Shown here: one piece after another, positions 17,883 through 26,261 of the stretch
Numbering within the stretch: the stretch's first letter is position 1
Layout: each line of letters opens with the position of its first letter
Assembly (NCBI GenBank): GCA_019322475.1
Contig: JAHWIN010000031.1
Span: 1-58,523 of the forward strand
Reading direction: 5' to 3'
Origin: Candidatus Woesearchaeota archaeon
GTDB taxonomy: Archaea; Nanobdellota; Nanobdellia; Woesearchaeales; JACPBV01
DNA length: 58,523 nt
Program-made: the position numbers and the translations under genes
Notes under the pieces: generated by a model
What the model was told of the DNA's origin: nothing
Database searches by the model: none
What the model saw: only the letters and a program-made list of their open reading frames with translations

Positions 17883-18713
17883 GATATGGAAGATGCGGCT
17901 TAATCTTTTTCCTTTGGCTTTTTTCTTGTATTTTCTTCTTACTTTTCCTTTGACTATATCGCTGATAATCTCTTCAGGAGCATAACCTGTTGTTCCTTGA
18001 GCATGGGGGCTTTTAACCTTTCCCTCTAAGGAACCAGTTTCAGCAGGCAGCGCCTTCCGCCCGGTTGCTTTTTGCAAGAATCTTACGATAGTTTCTTCGT
18101 CCTCTATTCTTTTTCTTCTTTCAGGATGATATTGCGTTCCTGAGAGATTTCCTTTTTCAAACTCCATTATATAATGGGTGCCCTGGTGCTTTTCTTTGGA
18201 TTTCACTGCTTCACGGATACGCCCGCTTAGTTTTCTTTGGTGTTTTGCAGGGATCAGATATTTGTGGTAAAGTCCCTTCTCTTTGTTGATGTTGAACTTT
18301 CCTGAGTTTACAGAATATGCTTCTAATGTTTGTGCGATGGCTTTGGCACCTTCGCATATGCCATGAACCTTTGCCCTTTTTTCTTTTATCAGGTAATCAT
18401 AGACACTGTTGGCCCTTTTCATCACCGGGTGTTTGTATTCTACCCCTTTATGCTTGGCAACATGGAATTCTTTCTCTTTTTCATACCAGTGCCCTGTTCC
18501 TCCTCCAGCTATGTAGCCATTAGCCTTATAGTTATTAAGATGCTTATTGTCTTTAAGGTACCTGCTCATCTCACCATGGTTTACTAATTTAACGTCAATC
18601 TTTTCTTTGAACCTTCTTCCTGCTATCTTATTGACATAATTATAGAGAAGTTTGGCTTTGCTACTATCTTTGTCCCTGTAATTGTTGATTATGTTTATCC
18701 TATAGCCAGCCAT
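17784..18713 (-). CDS. Divergent class-I glutamine amidotransferase-like protein with a basic C-terminal tail
   Basis: VHGICEGAKAIAQ (Cys retained) and GTQYHPE, about 90 aa apart. A Lys/Arg-rich tail follows. The 3' end overlaps the convergent gene by 99 nt. Confidence 0.45.
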   Translation of the reverse strand: MAGYRINIINNYRDKDSSKAKLLYNYVNKIAGRRFKEKIDVKLVNHGEMSRYLKDNKHLNNYKANGYIAGGGTGHWYEKEKEFHVAKHKGVEYKHPVMKRANSVYDYLIKEKRAKVHGICEGAKAIAQTLEAYSVNSGKFNINKEKGLYHKYLIPAKHQRKLSGRIREAVKSKEKHQGTHYIMEFEKGNLSGTQYHPERRKRIEDEETIVRFLQKATGRKALPAETGSLEGKVKSPHAQGTTGYAPEEIISDIVKGKVRRKYKKKAKGKRLSRIFHILQKRPLCVLVSIISNIQKIVKYYLSICSQAAF

Positions 18714-18909
18714 GATCTTTTTGAAGAGCCTGAATTATATAAATATTGCTGTAAACCGCCACGATATACCCCAATCAGGCAGAACCCACCAAAACATTTT
18801 TAAAGTAGCTTCTATTTTGATAGTTAGATAACAAGAAATCTCACTTTTTATTCATCGTTATTAATCCAAGTGGGCTTATTTTATTCCATTGAACTTATGG
18901 AAGTGCAGA

Positions 18910-19860
18910 ATGAAGATAGGGATAGTAAAGGAACATGGACTGGCTGACAAGAGGGCGATACTTCTTCCGGAAGAGGTCAGAAAGCTTGTAAGGGCCGGGA
19001 ATAAGGTTTTTGCAGAGAAAGGACTAGGCGAAGGGGTGTATTTTGAGGATTCAGAGTACAGGAAAGCCGGAGCAACGATAGTCAGCGAGCCCAAGGAGGC
19101 CTTTTCCCAGGAGCTTGTGGTGAAGCTGAGATGCCCTTCTGACAATGAGTTCCTCATGATGAAGAACAATATCCTTTTCAGCATGCTCCATTTGGAGCAG
19201 AACCTTCACAGGATCAGGATAGTCAAGAAGCAGAACATAAAGGCCATAGCCATGGAGCGCGTCTTGAATGAATATGGGGACAGGCTTGTTGACTGCACAG
19301 AGCTTACAGGGGAGCAGGCCATATTATACGCATTCAACCTGGCGATGAAATCCCCTTCAGAATGCAGGATACTTGTTCTTGGGTATGGAAGGGTCGCTAG
19401 CGGAGCGATAAACATAGCCAACAAGCTTGGGGCAAAGATAAAGATACTAAGAAAAAGCGAATATAAGCACATAAAGCACCGCCTGAAGGGCAAGGATATG
19501 CTGATAAACGGGATAACCTGGCCGAAGTACCATAGAGACAAGAAGGATTATGTTGTTACCAGGAAGATGCTGAAGCTGCTTAACAGGGGGGCTGTCGTCG
19601 TCGATATATCTGTAGATTATCCTAATCCTATAGAAACATGCAGGCCTACTTACCCTAATGACCCATGGTATGAGATAGACGGCGTAAAGCATGTAGGGAT
19701 ATACGGGTATCCGGCACTTGCTCCTATATCAAGCGCTGAGCGGTACTCAAGGCAGCTTCTTCCCCTCATCCTGGACATATCAAAAAACAGGATAAAGGAG
19801 ATGTCAAAGCCGCTTCAGAAGGCGCTGGTAAGGCCAAGAGATTACTTAAGAAAAGAATGA
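18910..19860 (+). CDS. Short alanine-dehydrogenase/PNT-family NAD(P) oxidoreductase, resembling N5-(carboxyethyl)ornithine synthase
   Basis: Motifs: MKIGIVKEHGLADKRAILLPEEVRKLV..G..V..E.GLGEG, LFSMLHLEQN, Rossmann ILVLGYGRVASGAINIANKLGAKIKIL, VVDISVDYPNPIETC. At 316 aa it is shorter than a true AlaDH. I prefer the ATG at 18910 over the track's TTG at 18889. Confidence 0.6.
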   Translation: MKIGIVKEHGLADKRAILLPEEVRKLVRAGNKVFAEKGLGEGVYFEDSEYRKAGATIVSEPKEAFSQELVVKLRCPSDNEFLMMKNNILFSMLHLEQNLHRIRIVKKQNIKAIAMERVLNEYGDRLVDCTELTGEQAILYAFNLAMKSPSECRILVLGYGRVASGAINIANKLGAKIKILRKSEYKHIKHRLKGKDMLINGITWPKYHRDKKDYVVTRKMLKLLNRGAVVVDISVDYPNPIETCRPTYPNDPWYEIDGVKHVGIYGYPALAPISSAERYSRQLLPLILDISKNRIKEMSKPLQKALVRPRDYLRKE

Positions 19861-21368
19861 AAACAATCCTTGTCATAGGCGACGACTCAGACTGGGAGTC
19901 ATTCCTTAAGTTTAAGAAGAAGAGGGAATTCTTCAGGAAAAATAAGATATCTTTTAAGGCGATAGGATACAGCCCTGTCCTGAAAGGGAAGCTTCCTGAA
20001 ATAAAAAACAAGGACATACTTATCTTTCTTTTTTTCCCTCTGGATTACTGGAACAACAGGATAGAGGGGAATTTTGTAAAAGGGAGAGTCTATGGAGACA
20101 GGAAATGCGCCCTCATGTTCTATGATTATCTTGATAAGGTAAAGGGCATGATCGATGATAGATACAGGGGCAAAAGGCTGAGCTATGTCAACTCTTTCGG
20201 GTCAGTCAAGGTTGACAGGGATAAGGAGCTGACAAAGAAGGTCATCGGAAAGGCTGTTCCTGTTCCTCTAGGTTATCCTGTAAGGAGGTATGAGGATATA
20301 GAAAAGCTGCTCTCCCTGGGGAAGAGGCTTTACATAAAGGTTAATTTCGGAGCAATGGGGAAAGGGATAACAAGGCTTGAGAAAGGAAAATGGGTTACAA
20401 ATTTCCTGTATAGGAAAGGGAATATAGTAAGCAGGAAGGGGGATTACGGATGGAAATTCAATGACATTACAGGCAGGAAAAATTTTCTTAAAAAACTGCT
20501 CAAGAAGGATGTTGTTGTCGAGGAGGCTATCGACCCTTATGTCATAAGGGGGAAGAAATTTGACATAAGGTATTATGTGGTATACGGAAAGATAAAACAC
20601 AGGATGATAAGAAGCACATCTGAAGGCAATGTCGTCACTAACATAACCCAGGGGGGAAGCAAGGAGGGAAAAGCCTTCATGAGGAAAATACCTAAAACAT
20701 TCCTTAAGAGGGCTGAAAAAAGCGCTGTTGAAGCTGCAAGAGCACTAAGGCTCAACCTTGCGGGGATCGATGTCATGATCTCAAGAAAAGGAATACCTTA
20801 TGTTATAGAAGCGCAGTCATTCCCGGGATTCCCTGCATCCAGGCATAACTTTTCAGAAAAGCTTGCAAAGGATATAATCAGGAACTGGAGATGCATAGAG
20901 ATAAGGAAGGCAGAGAAAAGAGACCTTAAGGATATCCTAAGGCTTAAGCTGAAGCTGAAGAAACAGGATCTTGAGATAGACAGATACCTTAAGGACCCTC
21001 ATGAGACCAAGGAGCTTTACAAAAGGTATCTTATAAGGGACCTAAGCAGGCAGGGCCAGGACAGGATCCTTTTTGTTGCTGTAATGAACAATAAGGTTGT
21101 AGGGTATGTGAGAGGGACCCTTACAAGGACCCTGCATGTCCTTAATGTAAGGCTGAGGGGAACTATAGACAACCTTTATGTAGAGAAAAGATACAGGGGG
21201 AAAGGCTTTGCAGGACAGCTTGTAAATGAGCTTATAGGATGGTTCAGGGAAAAGGGCGTTGATGTAATGACGCTTCATGTCTATCCTTCAAACTCAAAGG
21301 CCATATCATTATACAGGAGCTTCGGCTTTGAGGAATACACCTTAAACATGAGCAGAAAGACGGGTTAG
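19857..21368 (+). CDS. RimK-type ATP-grasp ligase fused to a C-terminal GNAT N-acetyltransferase
   Basis: ATP-grasp part: LYIKVNFGAMGKGI, DIRYYVVYGKI, NITQGGS, AGIDVMISRKGIPYVIEAQSFPGF. GNAT part: VVGYVRG...VEKRYRGKGFAGQLVNELIGWFREKG...LYRSFGFEE. The start overlaps the upstream stop (ATGA). Confidence 0.7.
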   Translation: MKTILVIGDDSDWESFLKFKKKREFFRKNKISFKAIGYSPVLKGKLPEIKNKDILIFLFFPLDYWNNRIEGNFVKGRVYGDRKCALMFYDYLDKVKGMIDDRYRGKRLSYVNSFGSVKVDRDKELTKKVIGKAVPVPLGYPVRRYEDIEKLLSLGKRLYIKVNFGAMGKGITRLEKGKWVTNFLYRKGNIVSRKGDYGWKFNDITGRKNFLKKLLKKDVVVEEAIDPYVIRGKKFDIRYYVVYGKIKHRMIRSTSEGNVVTNITQGGSKEGKAFMRKIPKTFLKRAEKSAVEAARALRLNLAGIDVMISRKGIPYVIEAQSFPGFPASRHNFSEKLAKDIIRNWRCIEIRKAEKRDLKDILRLKLKLKKQDLEIDRYLKDPHETKELYKRYLIRDLSRQGQDRILFVAVMNNKVVGYVRGTLTRTLHVLNVRLRGTIDNLYVEKRYRGKGFAGQLVNELIGWFREKGVDVMTLHVYPSNSKAISLYRSFGFEEYTLNMSRKTG

Positions 21369-22357
21369 TACATAAAGAACCTGAACTTTAATACCATAAA
21401 TATGATGTAGAGGCCTATGAGGACCAGGCCCCTTCTTGACGCTGTCTTTCCCTCTTTTGGTTCTGTCCTGAAAGATATCAGCAGCAGCGCTATTATGGAA
21501 GCTATGAACCAGAATGGGACATCAAAGAAAAGGAGGCTCTTGTCAAAGCTTAGCCCTGCGCTTCCTGTTGCGATCGCTCCGACTGCCATAGAGAACATGG
21601 GGTCTGTTATGTTCGAGCCTATCAGGGTTCCTATCGAAATGTCTCCTGCTTTCTTGAACAATGCCCTTAAGGCTGTAGATAATTCTGGGAGTGCAGTCCC
21701 TACACCTATTACCATGACGCCGATGAAGCTTTGAGCGACGCCCCATATCTCAGCTATGATCAGGGCAGAGCGCACAACAATGTCTGATGCCAGGATCAGG
21801 ATGCCTATGCCTAAAGCCATCAGAATGCCGTCTTTAAGGTAGGCCCTGAAGCTTTCTATCCTGAAATTCTTAATCTCATCCCTGACCTTTCCGATGACCT
21901 TTTCATGCATGCCTCTTGAGTGGAGATAAATGAAGTAAGCCAATAGCAGGATAATCCCTTCAGCTAAGGTTATCTTTGACCCAGTCAGGCCTACAATAAA
22001 GACAGCTATTATTGACAGCAGGACCATCATGCCGTCTTTTTTCATCAGCTTTTTTGTTGATGAGAGCGCTCCGAACAGTATTACACATCCCAGGATCAGG
22101 GTTATCTGGACGATGTCAGAACCCAGGTTTGTACCTACAGCTATGCCTGACGCTTCTATGCCGAGCCTTACCTTGAGCCCTGAGCTCAGGTTAGTCATTA
22201 TTTCAGGAAGCGAGGTTCCTATGGAGATTATTGTCAGGCCCACCAACGTTTGGGATATGTTAAGCCTTTCAGATATCTCTTTTGCACTTTCGACTACATA
22301 ATCAGCTCCAAAGTAGAGTCCTACAACTCCAGCTATAAGGAATATAAACGGGTTCAT
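21365..22357 (-). CDS. Ca2+/cation antiporter (CaCA, YrbG-type Na+/Ca2+ exchanger)
   Basis: Two alpha-repeat signatures (GTSLPEIMTNL and GTALPELSTAL). The protein is polytopic and hydrophobic, 330 aa. Confidence 0.85.
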   Translation of the reverse strand: MNPFIFLIAGVVGLYFGADYVVESAKEISERLNISQTLVGLTIISIGTSLPEIMTNLSSGLKVRLGIEASGIAVGTNLGSDIVQITLILGCVILFGALSSTKKLMKKDGMMVLLSIIAVFIVGLTGSKITLAEGIILLLAYFIYLHSRGMHEKVIGKVRDEIKNFRIESFRAYLKDGILMALGIGILILASDIVVRSALIIAEIWGVAQSFIGVMVIGVGTALPELSTALRALFKKAGDISIGTLIGSNITDPMFSMAVGAIATGSAGLSFDKSLLFFDVPFWFIASIIALLLISFRTEPKEGKTASRRGLVLIGLYIIFMVLKFRFFMY

Positions 22358-23001
22358 TCTTCTATCCTGGGCTCAAATCTTTTGAGGAAAGACCGTACAT
22401 CCTGGAATGAAGGCATGTCCAGGAAGCCTATGGAAGACAGCCTTGAATATATATCCATCTTTTTTACCCCCTTGCTGACAGCATAGTAGCTGCAAAGCCT
22501 GAACTGGGAAGAGCTTTCATCAAGGATATCATGGCCATAGTGAAGCTCTATACCTCCCTGCTTATGCTTTTCCAGTAAAACGTGAGATTCCTTTTGGTCA
22601 AAATAAGAGATGAATATCCTATCTTTTGCCTTGTCAACCTCTCTTGAAAACCTTTCAGGGTCTTCTATATCTGCCGCCCCGAAGTCCCTTGCTCCAACGG
22701 CTTTCAATCCGTCCATCTTTGAAGCGGTGCTTGTGAAAACATCCTTGACGCTTTTTTCCTTTATGATGACCTTTAGGGCAACATCCTCAGAAGTATCTTT
22801 GACCTTCAGGAGAATCCCCCTGTATTTCCTGTTAAAAATGCCGACAGCCTCCTTGAAGACCTTTATCTTCTTTTCTATGCCTTTAGTGAGCATAACATAC
22901 TCCTCTTTTATCCCAAAGTATACCCTTAACAGCTCAATAAAATCCTTTTTGAACTCCCTCAGATCCCCCTGGCTTAATTCACCTGTTATGCTCTTGTCCA
23001 T
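22354..23001 (-). CDS. Hypothetical cytoplasmic protein (215 aa), translationally coupled to the CaCA exchanger
   Basis: Long ORF in an otherwise empty interval, with a 4-nt overlap onto the downstream gene. No motif recognised. Confidence 0.5.
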   Translation of the reverse strand: MDKSITGELSQGDLREFKKDFIELLRVYFGIKEEYVMLTKGIEKKIKVFKEAVGIFNRKYRGILLKVKDTSEDVALKVIIKEKSVKDVFTSTASKMDGLKAVGARDFGAADIEDPERFSREVDKAKDRIFISYFDQKESHVLLEKHKQGGIELHYGHDILDESSSQFRLCSYYAVSKGVKKMDIYSRLSSIGFLDMPSFQDVRSFLKRFEPRIEE

Positions 23002-23055
23002 ATTTCCTATAAGAACCAGATCGTATATAAATCTTATGCATAAATCTTGATAGGG

Positions 23056-23613
23056 TCACTCTACAATGATCTCCCCCCTCATCTGGGGCTTTTTTTTGTA
23101 AAGTACATCAAAATAAGTGAAGGTTCCCCTGTTTTTGAAGGTGTAGCTGAACTCGTCGCCATAATATAGTATAGGGCTTCTGAACACATTGGAATGGGCA
23201 GCAATATAGTGCCTTGTCTCACCTTCCTCTTCCCATTCATCCTCATGCTTCCAAACTACAGTGTCTCCCTGTTTTATCATTATCTCCTGGGGCTCTAATT
23301 TCAGGCCTTTTATCGTTATTGTTATGGTTTCAGGAAGATGCTTTTCTTCACCATCTTCTTCCGCCTCTTCATCTTCTGCTTCATCAACAGATTCTTCACT
23401 TTCATTCTTTTTCGTTTCGTTCAGGCTTTCTTCGGCAGCCTTTTCTTTTACCGCTTCATTACTCTCTTTTTCTGCTTCTTCTTTACCTATAAGGCTCTCT
23501 TCTGCTTTCTCTTCTATGTTCTTAACTATCGGTTTTGTCTTTCCTATAGAACAGGCGCTAACAAAAAGAACCAGAATCATGATCATAACTATGGCTTTCA
23601 CCATCATGGTCAT
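23056..23613 (-). CDS. Exported lipoprotein-like protein with an acidic linker and a cupredoxin-like domain lacking the Cu-ligand Cys
   Basis: Signal sequence plus lipobox-like LFVSAC. An E/K-rich linker follows. The domain reads ITIKGLKLEPQEIMIKQGDTVVWKHED...FSYTFKNRGTFTYFDV...GEIIVE. Confidence 0.45.
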   Translation of the reverse strand: MTMMVKAIVMIMILVLFVSACSIGKTKPIVKNIEEKAEESLIGKEEAEKESNEAVKEKAAEESLNETKKNESEESVDEAEDEEAEEDGEEKHLPETITITIKGLKLEPQEIMIKQGDTVVWKHEDEWEEEGETRHYIAAHSNVFRSPILYYGDEFSYTFKNRGTFTYFDVLYKKKPQMRGEIIVE

Positions 23614-23749
23614 AGAATGGAAAGGGATATTTAAATTTTTCTATCATGACTACTTTTTAGTCATTAAATGAATCAGCAAGAACGATAGAGGTGTTGCGGT
23701 TCTATGGTTTTAGGGGGTTTAGAGCCTTGTTTTACAATAAAACAAAGTC

Positions 23750-23757
23750 TTTATATA
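23750..23757 (+). promoter_or_regulatory. TATA-box-like element (TTTATATA) upstream of the EndoQ-like gene
   Basis: It ends 22 nt before the ATG at 23780, with no SD in between. Confidence 0.4.
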
Positions 23758-23779
23758 CTTTTGTCAAAACTTTCTTTTC

Positions 23780-25048
23780 ATGGAAATCATATCTGACCTG
23801 CACATACATTCACGTTTCTCGAGAGCGACCTCAAAGCAGCTGAACCTGGAGAACCTTGAGAAATATGCAAGGATCAAGGGGGTCACTTTATTGGGCACAG
23901 GGGACTTTACTCATCCAGGATGGATAAAGGAGCTTAAAGAAAACCTAAGGGAGGACGGAACAGGAATACTCAGGTCTAAGGGTGATTTTCCTTTTGTCCT
24001 GCAGACAGAGGTATCCCTGATATATACACAAGGCGGGAGGGGAAGAAGGGTGCACCTTGTCCTTCTGGCGAAGAGCTTTGATGTTGTGGACCAGGTGACC
24101 GAGTATTTCGGGAAGCTTGGAAGGCTGGACTATGACGGAAGGCCCATATTCAACAAATCATGTTTCGAGGCTGTAGAGTCATTAAAGGAGATAGATGAGG
24201 ATATAGAGATAATACCTGCCCATATATGGACCCCATGGTTCAGCCTTTTTGGGTCCATGTCCGGCTTTGATTCTGTCGAGGAATGCTTTAAGGACCAGAC
24301 AAGGCATATCCATGCTATGGAGACAGGGCTGAGCAGCGACCCTGCGATGAACTGGAGGCTTTCCCAGCTTGATAGATATTCCCTGGTTTCCTTTTCTGAC
24401 CTTCACTCTTTCTGGCCGTGGAGGATAGGAAGGGAATCTACTGTCTTTGAGCTGAGAAGGCTTGATTATAGAAGCATCATCGATGCATTAAAGTCTAAGG
24501 AAGGGCTTAAGGAAACAATAGAGTTCCATGCTGAGGAAGGCAAGTACCATTTTTCAGGGCACAGGGCCTGTGATGTCTGCATGTCACCGAAGGAAGCCTT
24601 AATGTCCAAAGACATCTGCCCTAAATGCGGCAGGAAGATAACTGTAGGTGTTGCAGAAAGGATAGAAGAGCTTGCAGACAGGCCTGAGGGGTTCAAGCCG
24701 GAGGGCGCAGTCCCGTTCAGAAACCTTATACCCCTTTCCGAGCTTATCGCAGGAATGGCCGGGTCTTCTGTGAATACCAAGAAGGTTTGGGGGGAGTATA
24801 ACAAGCTGGTAGGCGCGTTTGGAAACGAGATGAACATACTTCTTAATGTTGATAAGCCTGAGCTTGAAGAGGTTATCGGGGGAAAGATAGCAGATATAAT
24901 AATCAGGAACAGGAGCCAGGATATCCCTTTCAAGCCCGGCTTTGACGGCGTATATGGAACCCCTATATTTGACGGAGATGAAGCAGGGGGTAAAGAAGAG
25001 CAGCCTCTTAGGCGGAGGATTTTGCAGAAGGAGCTGACAAGCTTTTGA
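23780..25048 (+). CDS. Endonuclease Q-like PHP-domain endonuclease (deaminated-base repair)
   Basis: Motifs: ISDLHIHSRFSRATS, GTGDFTHP, PAHIWTPW, GLSSD, SFSDLHS, then GKYH...C..C...CPKCGRKITVGVAERIEELAD (zinc finger) and a C-terminal PGFDGVYG. The 422-aa length and architecture match my recollection of Pyrococcus EndoQ. Confidence 0.7.
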   Translation: MEIISDLHIHSRFSRATSKQLNLENLEKYARIKGVTLLGTGDFTHPGWIKELKENLREDGTGILRSKGDFPFVLQTEVSLIYTQGGRGRRVHLVLLAKSFDVVDQVTEYFGKLGRLDYDGRPIFNKSCFEAVESLKEIDEDIEIIPAHIWTPWFSLFGSMSGFDSVEECFKDQTRHIHAMETGLSSDPAMNWRLSQLDRYSLVSFSDLHSFWPWRIGRESTVFELRRLDYRSIIDALKSKEGLKETIEFHAEEGKYHFSGHRACDVCMSPKEALMSKDICPKCGRKITVGVAERIEELADRPEGFKPEGAVPFRNLIPLSELIAGMAGSSVNTKKVWGEYNKLVGAFGNEMNILLNVDKPELEEVIGGKIADIIIRNRSQDIPFKPGFDGVYGTPIFDGDEAGGKEEQPLRRRILQKELTSF

Positions 25049-25247
25049 GAACTGAGGTTATGGAATGTATCATTAAATATTTTTTGAGCATATCCGTAAC
25101 TTTTTCTTGCTGTCCGGAACAGATTTATCGTCTGAAAACCAAAACATTTATATATAAGCTGCCCTTTTTTCTCGTCTATAATTGCGTGTGATTTAAGGCG
25201 GGGGATTTCCAAGTCTTAGATTATAGGTGAAAGGAGGTAGAACAAAA

Positions 25248-25475
25248 ATGGCAAAAAAAGTAGCAAAGGTAGGCGTTAAGAAAAAGCCAGGCTTTCTGTA
25301 TTTTGTTGATAAGAAAGGGAATGTAGCCTGTGCAAAGATGGCCCGAGGAAGAAAAAAAGGAAAGGCAAAAACAGAGGTAGTAGCAAAGGTAGGCGTCAAG
25401 AAAGAGAAAGGCTTCCTTTACTTTATCGACAAGAAAGGAGACATCTCCTGTGCAAAGATGGCCAGAGGAAGGTAA
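25248..25475 (+). CDS. Small, very basic protein made of two tandem ~36-aa repeats
   Basis: The two repeats read VAKVGVKKKPGFLYFVDKKGNVACAKMARGR and VAKVGVKKEKGFLYFIDKKGDISCAKMARGR. The ATG at 25248 is preceded by AGGAGGT. The track's GTG at 25227 is less likely. Confidence 0.6.
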   Translation: MAKKVAKVGVKKKPGFLYFVDKKGNVACAKMARGRKKGKAKTEVVAKVGVKKEKGFLYFIDKKGDISCAKMARGR

Positions 25476-25514
25476 ATCTTTCTTTATTTTTTCTTATTTT
25501 TTATATCTTTTTCT

Positions 25515-26168
25515 TTATCGCTTAGAATTATAATGGGTATATATCCCATGGCTTAAACCCAGTATCATTATCACGAACAGAAGGATAAAAAGGGCAAATA
25601 TGCCATCTTCTTTATTTTTGTTCAGGCTTACGCCAACAACATTCCCTGTTATGGGGAGGGGCTCTTTTTTCACAATGACAGTCCCTTTTCCTATCTTGGG
25701 GAATACCGCGTCAAAGTACCTGTGGGAGCCTTCCTGGGTGAACGTAAAGGAATACCTTTCTCCAGGGCTTAGCCTGGGCCCGTAGAAAAGCCGGGTGTAA
25801 GAAACTACCTTGTGGGGGGATGCGTCTTCATTGATCCAGACAACTGTTGTCCCGGGGGATATTATCACCTCTTTCGGGTCAAACTTCAGGTTTTTTATCC
25901 TTATGATAACTTCACCTATAGCTTCAGTCTCTTTTTCTTCAATCCCCTCAGGGGCTTTTTCAGGCGACTCTTCAACTGAAGGGGCGGTCTCTGTCTCTTC
26001 AGGTATTATGTCTTTCTGCTCTATGACCTCTTCAACAAGATATTTTTCCTCTTGAGCTTTTTTAGATCTAGAGACCTTATAGGCCGAGAAGATAAAGATG
26101 GATACAATCACCATGATAAGAAGAACAAGAACTATGAACAGATTTTTTTGTTTTGGTCCTGGCTTCAT
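25515..26168 (-). CDS. Membrane-anchored (N- and C-terminal TM) cupredoxin-like protein lacking the Cu-ligand Cys
   Basis: An N-terminal TM is followed by an acidic linker. The domain reads IRIKNLKFDPKEVIISPGTTVVWINEDASPHKVV...YSFTFTQEGSHRYFDA...GTVIVK. A C-terminal TM follows. Confidence 0.45.
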   Translation of the reverse strand: MKPGPKQKNLFIVLVLLIMVIVSIFIFSAYKVSRSKKAQEEKYLVEEVIEQKDIIPEETETAPSVEESPEKAPEGIEEKETEAIGEVIIRIKNLKFDPKEVIISPGTTVVWINEDASPHKVVSYTRLFYGPRLSPGERYSFTFTQEGSHRYFDAVFPKIGKGTVIVKKEPLPITGNVVGVSLNKNKEDGIFALFILLFVIMILGLSHGIYTHYNSKR

Positions 26169-26261
26169 GCCATAGCCTTTGATTTACCCATATAAATATC
26201 TTTGGTTTTTTAAAAAAAGAAAAATAAAGAAAAAGATAACAGTTTTTTGTGCTATGCAGGC

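Noticed and set aside
24466-25212. 248-aa minus-strand ORF
   Set aside because: It is antisense to the EndoQ-like gene, has no motifs and is Ser/Pro/Leu-rich.
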